A stretch of 64,000 bases of DNA from Gammaproteobacteria bacterium (GTDB lineage: Bacteria; Pseudomonadota; Gammaproteobacteria; GCA-001735895). The notes below the pieces were generated by a model. It had not been told where the DNA came from. It worked only from the letters and a program-made list of their open reading frames with translations, and made no database searches. Below are positions 22,001-30,082 of the stretch, one piece after another. Numbering within the stretch: position 1 is the stretch's first letter; every line of letters starts with the position of its first letter. The position numbers were made by a program, and so were the translations under genes. The DNA lies in the NCBI GenBank assembly GCA_050298595.1, contig JBNKUM010000101.1, positions 32,001 to 96,000 of the forward strand, given 5' to 3'.

Positions 22001-23284
22001 GTAGCCAAATAAAATCTCGCGTGTTCTATCAAAAATATCATCCTTGACAGGAAGATGTCGGGTCAGGCTGATGCGATCGTTGAGTTGATCAACACTAATA
22101 TGCTGTGCTAGTAAAGTATTGAAAAAATCGTCAATGGGGTCGATACCCGTCCGCTTATTAGAAAATTTTTCTACCAGATGAGCTAGTGCCAGGTGATTTA
22201 AATATATACGACCGTCTTCTGTAGATTCAAGATGTATGCCACGCCCAGACTCGCGAATGCGAATGCGTATATAGTAGAGTGGAAATTGAAAAGTTTTAAG
22301 TGTCTTTTTTATGGTAAACAAACTATCTACAATTTCAAAACCGAGGTAAAAATCGCTGGTTCGGTCGCCGATAAACTGGCTTCTAAACTCACTGGAACGC
22401 TGTGCATCTAGCTCGAAGTAAAATCGACCTTCATTAAAGGCTTTTATTTCCTGCGTTGTTAAGGGAATAGAATACTGTAATAAGGGCGCTTTACTTTTTG
22501 AGTCTTGTGAATTTTCACTTTCTTCCTTCAGGCCGAGTAGGACTTTCCTGTCACCAAAAATTTCAGCGTAATCAACTCTGATGTCTTTTTCATGAAAACG
22601 CTCTCCTAACTTGGGCTGATAGTAATCCCCTCCAGCCTTTGACTTAGTTGATGGGTTATTCTGGGGTGGCGAGGATGGTGCTTTACTGATTGCATTTTTT
22701 TCATTACTGGATAGCTTCTCGGCCAGGTTCGGGCGATAATTCGTAATCCTTTGCAGTACATCCTTGCGCAAAGAAAGATCGCTAGTAATACTTTTGCTAC
22801 CCTTCACAAAACTGAATTGAAATAACTTGTGATAGGAAATAATGCTTTCTAGAACGTCGTTAGGATGTGCAAGTGCGCTGTTATAAAGAAGTGCATCCAG
22901 GGCATTAAGACTGCGTCGGCCAACAGTGATGTAACCAGAAGACCCAGAACGTTGTTCAATATCCTGAATAATAAGATTATCCAAATCCATTCGTGATGAT
23001 TTAAAATAAAAGTATTCGTGATTGGAAAAATTTACAGATCGCTCAAGCGGCGTGAGTGATTTAGCCGTTTTCTGTTCAATATATATTTCCCTTACACAAG
23101 CGCGAAATTTACCAAACACAAAACGGGGAACAAAAATTTTTCGCTTTTCACTGGTGTTTTCCAGGGCATAGACATAAAAACCATGATCATTTTTTATACA
23201 ACTGATACGAAATATGTTTTTTCTGTCAGCGCGTTTAGTAAGACTCTTTGGTTTGGTTCTGTGCTTAAAAAGTTTATATATCAT
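19031..23284 (-). CDS. Large SF1 (UPF1/DNA2-like, AAA_11/AAA_12) helicase with a DUF4011-like N-region and a possible degenerate Vsr/REase-like C-terminus
   Basis: GPPGTGKT, IIDEATQ, VVGDDKQ, LDEHYRC, LQGKERD, LNVLMSRPK; FYLGF...FPLYYIRI...LN block before motif I. Confidence 0.85.
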   Translation of the reverse strand: MIYKLFKHRTKPKSLTKRADRKNIFRISCIKNDHGFYVYALENTSEKRKIFVPRFVFGKFRACVREIYIEQKTAKSLTPLERSVNFSNHEYFYFKSSRMDLDNLIIQDIEQRSGSSGYITVGRRSLNALDALLYNSALAHPNDVLESIISYHKLFQFSFVKGSKSITSDLSLRKDVLQRITNYRPNLAEKLSSNEKNAISKAPSSPPQNNPSTKSKAGGDYYQPKLGERFHEKDIRVDYAEIFGDRKVLLGLKEESENSQDSKSKAPLLQYSIPLTTQEIKAFNEGRFYFELDAQRSSEFRSQFIGDRTSDFYLGFEIVDSLFTIKKTLKTFQFPLYYIRIRIRESGRGIHLESTEDGRIYLNHLALAHLVEKFSNKRTGIDPIDDFFNTLLAQHISVDQLNDRISLTRHLPVKDDIFDRTREILFGYADENGLGGILGGLKFNGVECDLFSVNLYRAPKLQAPIDQALEHDLDRIHHIAHQKMNRFYDSLLGRFLTPELTAKTHNDTWLDDLTWVPGRLPQSTRKLFERLQCHDLLLLEGPPGTGKTHTIMNLLLQCICNKKRALIVSDQKGAIEALVEKIQQYLSSERNGHSSGRSHNDLLFNAIKIVDEIDVNNTNLTEVLDKLVKPLKTSNVGTINIRENIEKKLQTLDQQLAQLDATINNKLSLHMGSDLPFENIEPHKYEFQTNTSSLVEFLEILLDSKNKHRTLISNFINNRRQLIKANMEQCYSYFNLSSVNADPSRTNEDISILKGDISILSKLSKSMIESKEDFLELLGTSMRHELIRHLETVFEEQLLKSRRVLTRVEQKLRIGFRSELQRQAQLLLEMVNNQVQILKFSKSCSADLWKLLREIHESIRLNDRPNQALALFFSVSRNFNSAASNTHTSIQSDLEKIAKVYEQRDQLVYERLVACLHEIAQHATTTKHSSGTDASTRIMALIEDLKQFSSIPKSGAVFDEFKEALYETFPIWIVRKQVVPFLLPCKEQSFDLVIIDEATQCRVDDAMSLLFRAKKLLVVGDDKQTVLQKNSSTDDYLFKDHELDEHLRSTQARGFKGGGSHIFALVKSIKQASVMLDEHYRCPPEIIEFSNKYVYEDELKVMQWRLPEHPCPVVVDTSEFQVETSKKATSGKFKGIETQMIDRFMDYVERSIAEIETTSGKKINIDTDVALCYFLMKNEPYIKHVKDKLLNKLKRGEVLLDGAGAALQGKERDYIFYLWDVTRYNLAAFSQGDDEDKRKGELNVLMSRPKKKAFHFLHRNFEQLEHRRSNITHYLSQALLRQQQNSDSEQSAVSDENVSLFLSLLKFALNSSGQRGTKEALRRIQTQSIDIRTDIVVGDPLKVVDMIAFTKDIRKTIGIVDLAGFGAENNSSEAIIDYYFQLKRAVPNIDPVFMFPYELIDGHCEAFRSLITKLEAI

Positions 23285-23929
23285 TTATCTAACCAGCAAA
23301 GAAACGCGTCGATTTCTAGCGCGTGCGTCCCTAAGTTCTTTACCTCGCATACCCTTGGTGTCTACCACAGGTCGCGTGTCGGCATAACCAATTACACGGA
23401 GTCTGTTTGAGGAAAACCCGAGATGCATTAAATGAAGAATGACGCTACTAGCGCGCTTACCGCTCAGGCTCCAATTGGTTACAGTTTCGCCATCGATTAT
23501 TCTGTAGTAGGCGACGTCATCGGTATGACCTTCGACATCTATAAGATAATCCGTAGCAAGGATTACTTTGAGTAATGGGTTGATGGTGTTAAGTACGTCG
23601 TTCTTAATTACTGATTTACCTTGATCAAAAAAAATGTTGGTATCCAGATCAAGGCGTACACCATCGCTATCCGAGTGAACTGATGCACCGGGCACACCCG
23701 GTTGTCCTTTAATGATTTTATCGAGTGATTCTGTCAACTCAGCTAATGTATCCTTATTACTGCCACTCATCGCACTTCTAATCATTTCGAACGAGCCTAC
23801 TTCTATATTACTCATAGTCAGTAGCATCACGAAAAATACACATAGAATTACCATTAAGTCGCCGAAGCTTATGTAAAAAGCATCTAGCCCCTCGTCGTGT
23901 TTTTCTGTTGTTAATTCGTCAAGATTCAT
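23285..23929 (-). CDS. MotB/PomB-like stator subunit with OmpA-like peptidoglycan-binding domain
   Basis: TM FYISFGDLMVILCVFFVMLLTMS with conserved Asp; VEGHTDD, NWSLSGKRA, GYADTRP, RNRRV. Confidence 0.9.
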   Translation of the reverse strand: MNLDELTTEKHDEGLDAFYISFGDLMVILCVFFVMLLTMSNIEVGSFEMIRSAMSGSNKDTLAELTESLDKIIKGQPGVPGASVHSDSDGVRLDLDTNIFFDQGKSVIKNDVLNTINPLLKVILATDYLIDVEGHTDDVAYYRIIDGETVTNWSLSGKRASSVILHLMHLGFSSNRLRVIGYADTRPVVDTKGMRGKELRDARARNRRVSLLVR

Positions 23930-24732
23930 TTAGCAGATTCCAGTTTGACATTCATTGTCACTGGATTTAGACGCCTGTTTTCTCTTTGTAAAAGGATATT
24001 AACTCGATTCATGAGCAACTTATGCGTTTCGACATAAAGTGTATTGTGATTTTCTAAACGACCGGCAAGTGGAGTAAATATCAGGGAGCCCAGGATCGAG
24101 CCGAAGGCAGTCGTCATCAGTGCCAGTGACATGGCGGGGCCTATCATTGACGGATCATTTAAGGACTGCAAAACTTCAATCAAACCAATGACTGTACCAA
24201 GAAGGCCTAAGGACGGAGCAATTTTTGCTCCTTTGTTTAGTAAAGAGACTGTGACTTTTTGTGTTAAATAAATACTAGCGACTTTATTTGCGATTAATTC
24301 CTCAATTTCTTCATAGAATAATTTTTCTTTTGCCATATGTACAATGTCATTGAGCAATTCGCCAGTAATCTCATCACCTGTGCGTAAACTAAATATGCTA
24401 TCTCCTGTAATAATAATTTCATCTAGCTCGTTAATCTGTGCAGTCACCGCATTGATTGGATTAATAAAAATAGAGCGAAAAGTGTGAGTTATTACCTGTA
24501 AAAATACGGCAAAATTAAACTGAAAAAGAAGGCACGCGAAGGTTCCGCCTAATACAAAGAAAAAGCTACGCAAATCTTTATATAATATCTCACTAGCTTG
24601 ACCGTTTTCGGCACTGAATCCCACAGCAGTCATAAGCGCCGCTATAAGCAGACAGGTGCTAACTAAAACCGATATAGGATCAATAATGTTTTTAGGTGGA
24701 GATAGATATTTATTTTCTTTCAGGCCATTCAT
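23926..24732 (-). CDS. MotA/PomA-like ion-channel subunit (MotA/TolQ/ExbB family)
   Basis: SFFFVLGGT; APSLGLLGTVIGLI..L..L.DP..IGPAMSLALMTTAFG....P...RL. Confidence 0.9.
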   Translation of the reverse strand: MNGLKENKYLSPPKNIIDPISVLVSTCLLIAALMTAVGFSAENGQASEILYKDLRSFFFVLGGTFACLLFQFNFAVFLQVITHTFRSIFINPINAVTAQINELDEIIITGDSIFSLRTGDEITGELLNDIVHMAKEKLFYEEIEELIANKVASIYLTQKVTVSLLNKGAKIAPSLGLLGTVIGLIEVLQSLNDPSMIGPAMSLALMTTAFGSILGSLIFTPLAGRLENHNTLYVETHKLLMNRVNILLQRENRRLNPVTMNVKLESAK

Positions 24733-24757
24733 ACAAGCTTCTCACAGTCGTTCTTTT

Positions 24758-25867
24758 TTAATCAGTAGATGTTGGTTTATCAATATTCGCCAGCTGATTT
24801 CGTCCTATGTCATATACCACTAGCTGCTCTTGTATTCCTCTTTTGTAGACACTCGTATCAGTACCGGGAAGCACAGAAAATCGGACGATGTAACCATCTA
24901 CTACGGATATCAGTATTTTCATTCCTCGCCGCAAGGATTTAATAGTTGCCTGCTCCATTGGATTGACGGCCATTATTTGAAAATCGTTTCGCTTTGAGTC
25001 ACGAGCCTTAAAAGTATCGTCCTCAACATAAAGAAGATCTGCTGTTCTTTTTTCCAGGTTTGCCATTTCAGCGTTGTCAAAAAATAATATACCAATTGGG
25101 ATGTTATCGTCTTCATCAAAGGTAATAAGACAACGTGATTTAAAACTCGGAACACGATCAAGCATGTGGGTTGGAATATCAATTAATTTTTTTAGTGATT
25201 TAACCTTTACGATACGCCGTTTTAGATCAACGTGTTCTACGCGACATATTTTAGTATTCGCCGGAAGCAAATCCGATGAGTTATTAGCAATCGCAGCCTG
25301 GCTGGCAGCCATTTTTTCGGCAATAAGCTGGTCAGTCAACAGACTTACCTGTTGCATTAGGGATTTGTTTTCAGAGGTAAGTTTCTCTACTACTTTCGCT
25401 AATGATTTATTCGATTTTAATTCTTCACTATGCCCCTTTTGCAGAAGTTCAGGGCCATATTTTTGCGATTGATGCCTGGCGATTTCGTTGTAAAAGCTTT
25501 GCAGGATGGTCCCGATACGATTTTTTTCAGGCAATTCGAAGCGGACACATGGCAAATATTCACTCACGTCTAATTCAGTCGAATTAGATGACGGATTTTC
25601 GGTGGCTTTTGCACGAATTGAGAACACAAAACTATCCAGGCAAGATAAAATATTTTCCAGATTTGCTACAAAGCCATGGGCTTCAAGTACAGTGCATATC
25701 GTTGTGACAGGATTTGAAAATAAGACTTTATCAATGGTTACGTAGAAAAACTTCTGATTTGTTTCATATTCCACGGCTGATAGATCGAGATTGAGTGACG
25801 CCTTACTTAGATTCGCCTCACTTGATTGCGATATGACTGTTAGTTTCTCTTTATCAAAAAAGACCAT
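24758..25867 (-). CDS. Hypothetical cytoplasmic protein with central coiled coil; first gene of the stator-helicase operon
   Basis: 369-aa ORF, no signal or TM; heptad-like segment LAKVVEKLTSENKSLMQQVSLLTDQL; ends 25 bp before the motA-like gene. Confidence 0.75.
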   Translation of the reverse strand: MVFFDKEKLTVISQSSEANLSKASLNLDLSAVEYETNQKFFYVTIDKVLFSNPVTTICTVLEAHGFVANLENILSCLDSFVFSIRAKATENPSSNSTELDVSEYLPCVRFELPEKNRIGTILQSFYNEIARHQSQKYGPELLQKGHSEELKSNKSLAKVVEKLTSENKSLMQQVSLLTDQLIAEKMAASQAAIANNSSDLLPANTKICRVEHVDLKRRIVKVKSLKKLIDIPTHMLDRVPSFKSRCLITFDEDDNIPIGILFFDNAEMANLEKRTADLLYVEDDTFKARDSKRNDFQIMAVNPMEQATIKSLRRGMKILISVVDGYIVRFSVLPGTDTSVYKRGIQEQLVVYDIGRNQLANIDKPTSTD

Positions 25868-26353
25868 TGTTTAATTCTTGCTCATTTTAGCTATGAAAAA
25901 ATTATGAAATCCATTTATCTCACTTTCACTTGCGTTAATATTTGCAGCCGCGCTTTATAATTTTGTCAAATGATCTCGTCATAGCACGTATCACAGAACA
26001 GCTGCAACAAACAGTCTTAAAACTATCGGCGAAGCATCAGTAAATCAAGAGAATCGAGTGTCCTGTGAGAAATTTTGCAAAATATGTCATCTACCAAAGT
26101 AATTATTTCAATCTCAAAAGATCTTTGGTAGCTGTCTTAAAAACGGTTAGTTAGATTAAATGCGACTTCATTTTATGGAAAAGATAGCGCCTCAGCTTCT
26201 TGAATAACAATAAACTAAAAATTATATTGTATTGTTGTAATCATTCTTATTGCCTTTCACGAATTGTTTGCTGGAACTGCGTTTTAGTGTAGTAGTTTTT
26301 TGTCTACTGAGGATCAGTTCTCTTTATTAATTTAAAAAATACAAACAAAATAC

Positions 26354-26399
26354 GTAGAGGACTGCGCGGATAGCGACGTAACGATCAGCGTAGTCCTCT
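26354..26399. repeat. GTAG-led REP-like hairpin
   Basis: GT-AGAGGACTGCGC...GCGTAGTCCTCT inverted arms. Confidence 0.5.
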
Positions 26400-26724
26400 G
26401 GGTATTTTGTCTTAGAGTTGCTATGTCTGTATTACCTCGCCTTGCCGAGGCCTATGAGAGAAGCCCTTAGCGAAACATTATTATCTGTGCGGACAAACAC
26501 CGCCAGTGCTATGGCAGCAAATCCGCAACAGGAGTGTAAGAGATGTACTGTATTGACAAAGTTAAACGTATGCCAGAAGGCGAGCGTCAGGCTTGTCAAA
26601 TCTTTTGCCTGCCTGAGCGATCTACGGCTCTTGCAAAAATCAGGTTTCTGATAATTATATTAATTGTTATGAATGGCATGTTCGATCGGGGGTGTCTGTA
26701 GACAATAGCAGATGGAGTGTCTAA

Positions 26725-26994
26725 ATGATTTCGTATAATACCAGGTCACATCCCCGCTTATATTATTTAAACTTTGATTTCCAACTGATTTACATATTAA
26801 GTGGCTGTGGCGAGGATAATGTAGTACCCAGCGACACTGATCCGGCACCGATCCCAACAGGAGTTCCAACACTGACCAATCAGCTGCCGAGGGCCCGGAT
26901 CACTGCACACGGGAACTCCATCTCTGGACAGATGGTCACCCTGTATGGCTTCTTCTCTGAGTTGTCGCGGTTGAACCATGAAAATCCAGAATAA
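26725..26994 (+). pseudogene. Probable lipoprotein fragment (PKD-like start)
   Basis: ILSGC lipobox, Pro/Thr linker, NQLPRARI...SGQMVTL; ends prematurely. Confidence 0.35.
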
Positions 26995-27280
26995 TATTTT
27001 TGGTTACTCTGACTGGAAGTGGAACAGGCCATCTAATGCCTGGTATTCAATCTATGTTTGGGATCATTATGCCTATACTTTGGATTCCGATTCAGAAAGT
27101 ACTTGCTAAGTAATAAGACTTTGATACAGGTCAGTGTGTTTTGATGCCAGATTTGGATGATGTTTAGTTTTTGAGATTTGAGTGGAAGATTTGAGCAGGT
27201 GTCCTGTCAAGTTTAGTGGTGTAGTTTGTGAGTGGGCGGTTTGGTGGCTTACTTAGTTTTTTAGCGCTTAGTTATCCAGG

Positions 27281-28654
27281 GTGATAAATATGTTTAAGAA
27301 TTATTTGTTAATTTATGAACTTAAAGGCTTTACTCCTAAGTTCAGTATTCAGTTTAAATTCATTTTTGCCACTCTACTAGGTGGATTTCTAATTTACGGT
27401 AAAGCCGTTGCGGATTGGGAGACAGTTATCGATGGCGATTCGTTCAACAGTTACCAAAATTTTGAGTCAACCTGGAATTATCAATACCCCTGGGGGTCGG
27501 ACCATAACGGCACCGCCAGAATGTATGGTAGTTCATCCGATCACAATCACACTTACCTGAATAATGGCACCCTTACACTAAAAGCATCAAAAATCAGCTG
27601 GAACGAAGGAAACAGCGGCTCTGACCCTTATTTGCCTATTCACTACCACTCAGGTGCCGTTCACGCAAAGCACAAAGTTGTAATCAACGATAAATATCCC
27701 AACTATGAAATCAAAGCACGCATACAGGCGCCATCATCTCGAGGTACCTGGCCTGCCTTCTGGATGGCGGGTGTGGATAGCTGGCCACCCGAAAGCGACA
27801 TCATGGAATTCAAAGGGAGTAATGAGAACTGGCAGAACACCTATACTGGTAGCTGGCAGAATAAAAAGACCCGCGTTTCGAACCCAGGAAACTGGCATAC
27901 GTATCGTATATGGATGAGCAAGAAAAATGATACAGATGTTAATATTCACTATTACATTGATGGCCAGTGGCAGGCTCAACACGTCGCTAATTTCGTCAAT
28001 AAACCCATGTGGATAATTCTCAATCTACAAATGGAAGGCTCATCTGGTAATCCAGGCCCGAATAGCGATACCCACATGCTCGTGGATTGGGTATATGTCG
28101 GTCGTAGCGTGCAAGAGAGTGCTTCGCTATCTGACTACGCTTTCTGTGCTAACGAGTGGGAAACCTGTGTTTTTTCAGGCACCCGAGACGTAGCATACGG
28201 CGCAGATGGAAAGTTTTATCATCAAACTGCAACCAACAGTATCAGCTGTAATAACGAAACGTTTGGGGATCCTATTCGCGGTACCAGAAAAGCATGCTAC
28301 GTTTCCATGACTCCCTCTTACAAATCCATGTCGTTATCCGATGTGTCTACACCCAACAAATTAAGTTGTACTACAGGTAGTATTGATAGCTGGGAGAACG
28401 GATTTATACTAAATAACTTTACTGTCACCAATAACAGTGACGCCATTGTTAGAAATTGGTCAGCCGATCTAGTATTTGGTCGTTCCGTAACAATTACCAA
28501 TGCCTGGGGAGTCACTATATCAGGTACAGGAGACAAACTAACCGGAACCAATGTTGACTACAATGGTTATCTTGAACCTGGGCAAAGTGCAACCTTTAGC
28601 ATGCAGGGTATATCGAGCTCATCAGTCGACATGCCAGCCTGCAGCGCTGAATAG
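27281..28654 (+). CDS. Secreted GH16 glycanase (endo-beta-1,3-galactanase-like) with a Cys-rich module and C-terminal CBM2
   Basis: WNYQYPWGSDHNG, WPAFWM..WPPESDIME catalytic motif; CANE..C...YGA...FGDP..G.RKAC module; SWENGF...VTN...W...NAW...NG.L.PGQSATF..QG. Confidence 0.85.
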   Translation: MINMFKNYLLIYELKGFTPKFSIQFKFIFATLLGGFLIYGKAVADWETVIDGDSFNSYQNFESTWNYQYPWGSDHNGTARMYGSSSDHNHTYLNNGTLTLKASKISWNEGNSGSDPYLPIHYHSGAVHAKHKVVINDKYPNYEIKARIQAPSSRGTWPAFWMAGVDSWPPESDIMEFKGSNENWQNTYTGSWQNKKTRVSNPGNWHTYRIWMSKKNDTDVNIHYYIDGQWQAQHVANFVNKPMWIILNLQMEGSSGNPGPNSDTHMLVDWVYVGRSVQESASLSDYAFCANEWETCVFSGTRDVAYGADGKFYHQTATNSISCNNETFGDPIRGTRKACYVSMTPSYKSMSLSDVSTPNKLSCTTGSIDSWENGFILNNFTVTNNSDAIVRNWSADLVFGRSVTITNAWGVTISGTGDKLTGTNVDYNGYLEPGQSATFSMQGISSSSVDMPACSAE

Positions 28655-28757
28655 TTAGTCACCTTGACAGCCCCAAAGCAACCAATTTATTACAATCCAT
28701 TCTGGAGACAGAAATGGGCTAATAGTAACTATTGATCCGGCGATGCACCGTCCTTTC

Positions 28758-29193
28758 AACCTGGAATCCGCAGTTGGACGAGTTGAAGTGCGTTTGAAGT
28801 GGTATAGATCAAGGCGTGACGACGCGGAATAGCCAGCTATTCCAGGGAGTTACAAAGCTTCCGCATCCTGCTCACGCCCCTTACCTATGTCCCTATAGGC
28901 AACGTGTCCCTATAGGCAACGTAGAGATACGCCGCCTCAAACGTGCAATTAAGCTCGTAGTGGGATTCACCTGCTGGGTTTTCAGGATGGCTGCTGTTAT
29001 TTCGCGAATGCATGGACGTAGGTGGTAGGGCGAAGCACGACTCCAGGGAGGGAGGAGGTAGGGCGAAGCAGGATGCCTGAGCCGAGGAAGCCAGAGCTGA
29101 TGCATAGGAGCGTGAATAGATAAACCGACTGTTATGCCCTACGAAACAGTGGGTTACCATCCAACCCGGGCGGTCAACTGCGGAATCTTGGTT
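28758..29193. mobile_element. Composite MITE-like element (about 436 bp) with nested repeats
   Basis: TIRs AACCTGGAATCCGCAGTTG / CAACTGCGGAATCTTGGTT (16/19 match); internal hairpin GGAATAGC-ca-GCTATTCC; tandem TGTCCCTATAGGCAACG x2; GGTAGGGCGAAGCA x2. Confidence 0.7.
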
Positions 29194-29197
29194 CAAA

Positions 29198-29257
29198 GTG
29201 CAACCTTGCGGGGATGGAAAGACGGGCCTCCCTCCGCTCCCACAGTTTCGTTATCAC
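29198..29257 (-). other. Possible degenerate attC-like hairpin
   Basis: Plus strand GTGCAAC...TGCGGGATGGAAAGA...CCTCCCTCCGCTCCCACA...GTTATCAC; imperfect stem with AAC/GTT ends just 3' of the cassette-like gene pair. Confidence 0.35.
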
Positions 29258-29299
29258 AGGTGCAATATCTGGCTGTCCTAAAATGTGTTTTCAACCACA

Positions 29300-30070
29300 T
29301 CAATGCAGTGTTTTGCGGGCATTTACAATCGCTGATCCAGTTATTGACGTATCATGTACGTTCCACAGCCCCACTTCCAGAGAGTAAGGAGCAGCAAGTT
29401 TTGCATCCTCCAAACGCTTTGCGTTTTTATGGTAGACCCTGATACTTTGAAGGTCAGGACGTATCGCATTTTTAGCAATACTTCTGTAGTCTGGATTAAG
29501 CACCGTTAAGTGTTCATTATAATTCCAATCATAACGATCTAAAGCTTTGCATTGCCACAGCTCAAATTTAACATCAACAGAATCGCCTTTTCTTGCGCCC
29601 ATTACTGTCACGTTACTTTGTAGCTGAAATCCTCGTAGAGAAGTAAATAAATCACGTTCCTGATCACTTCCTCTAAGCTGAATTTGTGCAATCTCGGTTA
29701 TCGTTCCTCCAATTTCTACAAGGCTGTGGTAAGTCATGGAAATCTTTCCTGCGCCATTCCACCGACCGTCTTGTAGACGAGGAACGAGACCTGCCCACTT
29801 TTCTTCCTTTCCTATACGGGCTTTTTCCTCACTTAAAAATACTCGACGGTGATAACTCTCCGCAGCCTTTACTTTTTTGTGATTTATTAGATAAAGAGGT
29901 GCAGCAAATTGTATCAATGCCTTAGGGTCACGATTGTTGATATATGCTTGTAAAAATTTCGAAGAGAGAGGTACGTTGCCATTTAATTTCCGCTCTCCAA
30001 CCTTTGCAGCAAGCCGTTTATACCAAGCTGCCACTTCGGTTACACTGTAATTTGCCAATATATCACTCAT
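29300..30070 (-). CDS. Hypothetical protein (toxin-like, in a cassette-like pair)
   Basis: 256-aa ORF with strong RBS (GGGAGG); basic; DRYDWN motif. Confidence 0.7.
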   Translation of the reverse strand: MSDILANYSVTEVAAWYKRLAAKVGERKLNGNVPLSSKFLQAYINNRDPKALIQFAAPLYLINHKKVKAAESYHRRVFLSEEKARIGKEEKWAGLVPRLQDGRWNGAGKISMTYHSLVEIGGTITEIAQIQLRGSDQERDLFTSLRGFQLQSNVTVMGARKGDSVDVKFELWQCKALDRYDWNYNEHLTVLNPDYRSIAKNAIRPDLQSIRVYHKNAKRLEDAKLAAPYSLEVGLWNVHDTSITGSAIVNARKTLH

Positions 30071-30082
30071 CTCTAGTCCTCC

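Noticed and set aside
23285-24732. Ordinary flagellar motAB/pomAB or exbBD/tolQR
   Set aside because: No flagellar or TonB/Tol context; translational coupling to a helicase; rotor-contact motif absent; the B subunit has an OmpA-like domain unlike ExbD/TolR
19031-25867. Canonical Zorya type I/II/III label
   Set aside because: The A subunit lacks the long ZorA tail; the helicase has SF1 rather than SNF2 motifs; no recognisable ZorC or ZorE
26450-26650. DUF2235/Tle1-like N-terminal relic (RNIIICAD...)
   Set aside because: The match is only a few residues; cannot be supported without BLASTx
28860-29080. CRISPR array from the short direct repeats
   Set aside because: Only two copies of each repeat, no regular spacers and no cas genes; they sit inside a MITE-like element
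28816-29442. Small ORFs overlapping the repeat element (and 36284-36469)
   Set aside because: The shared YETVGY..TRAVN peptide is just the translation of the DNA repeat; no RBS or protein-like features
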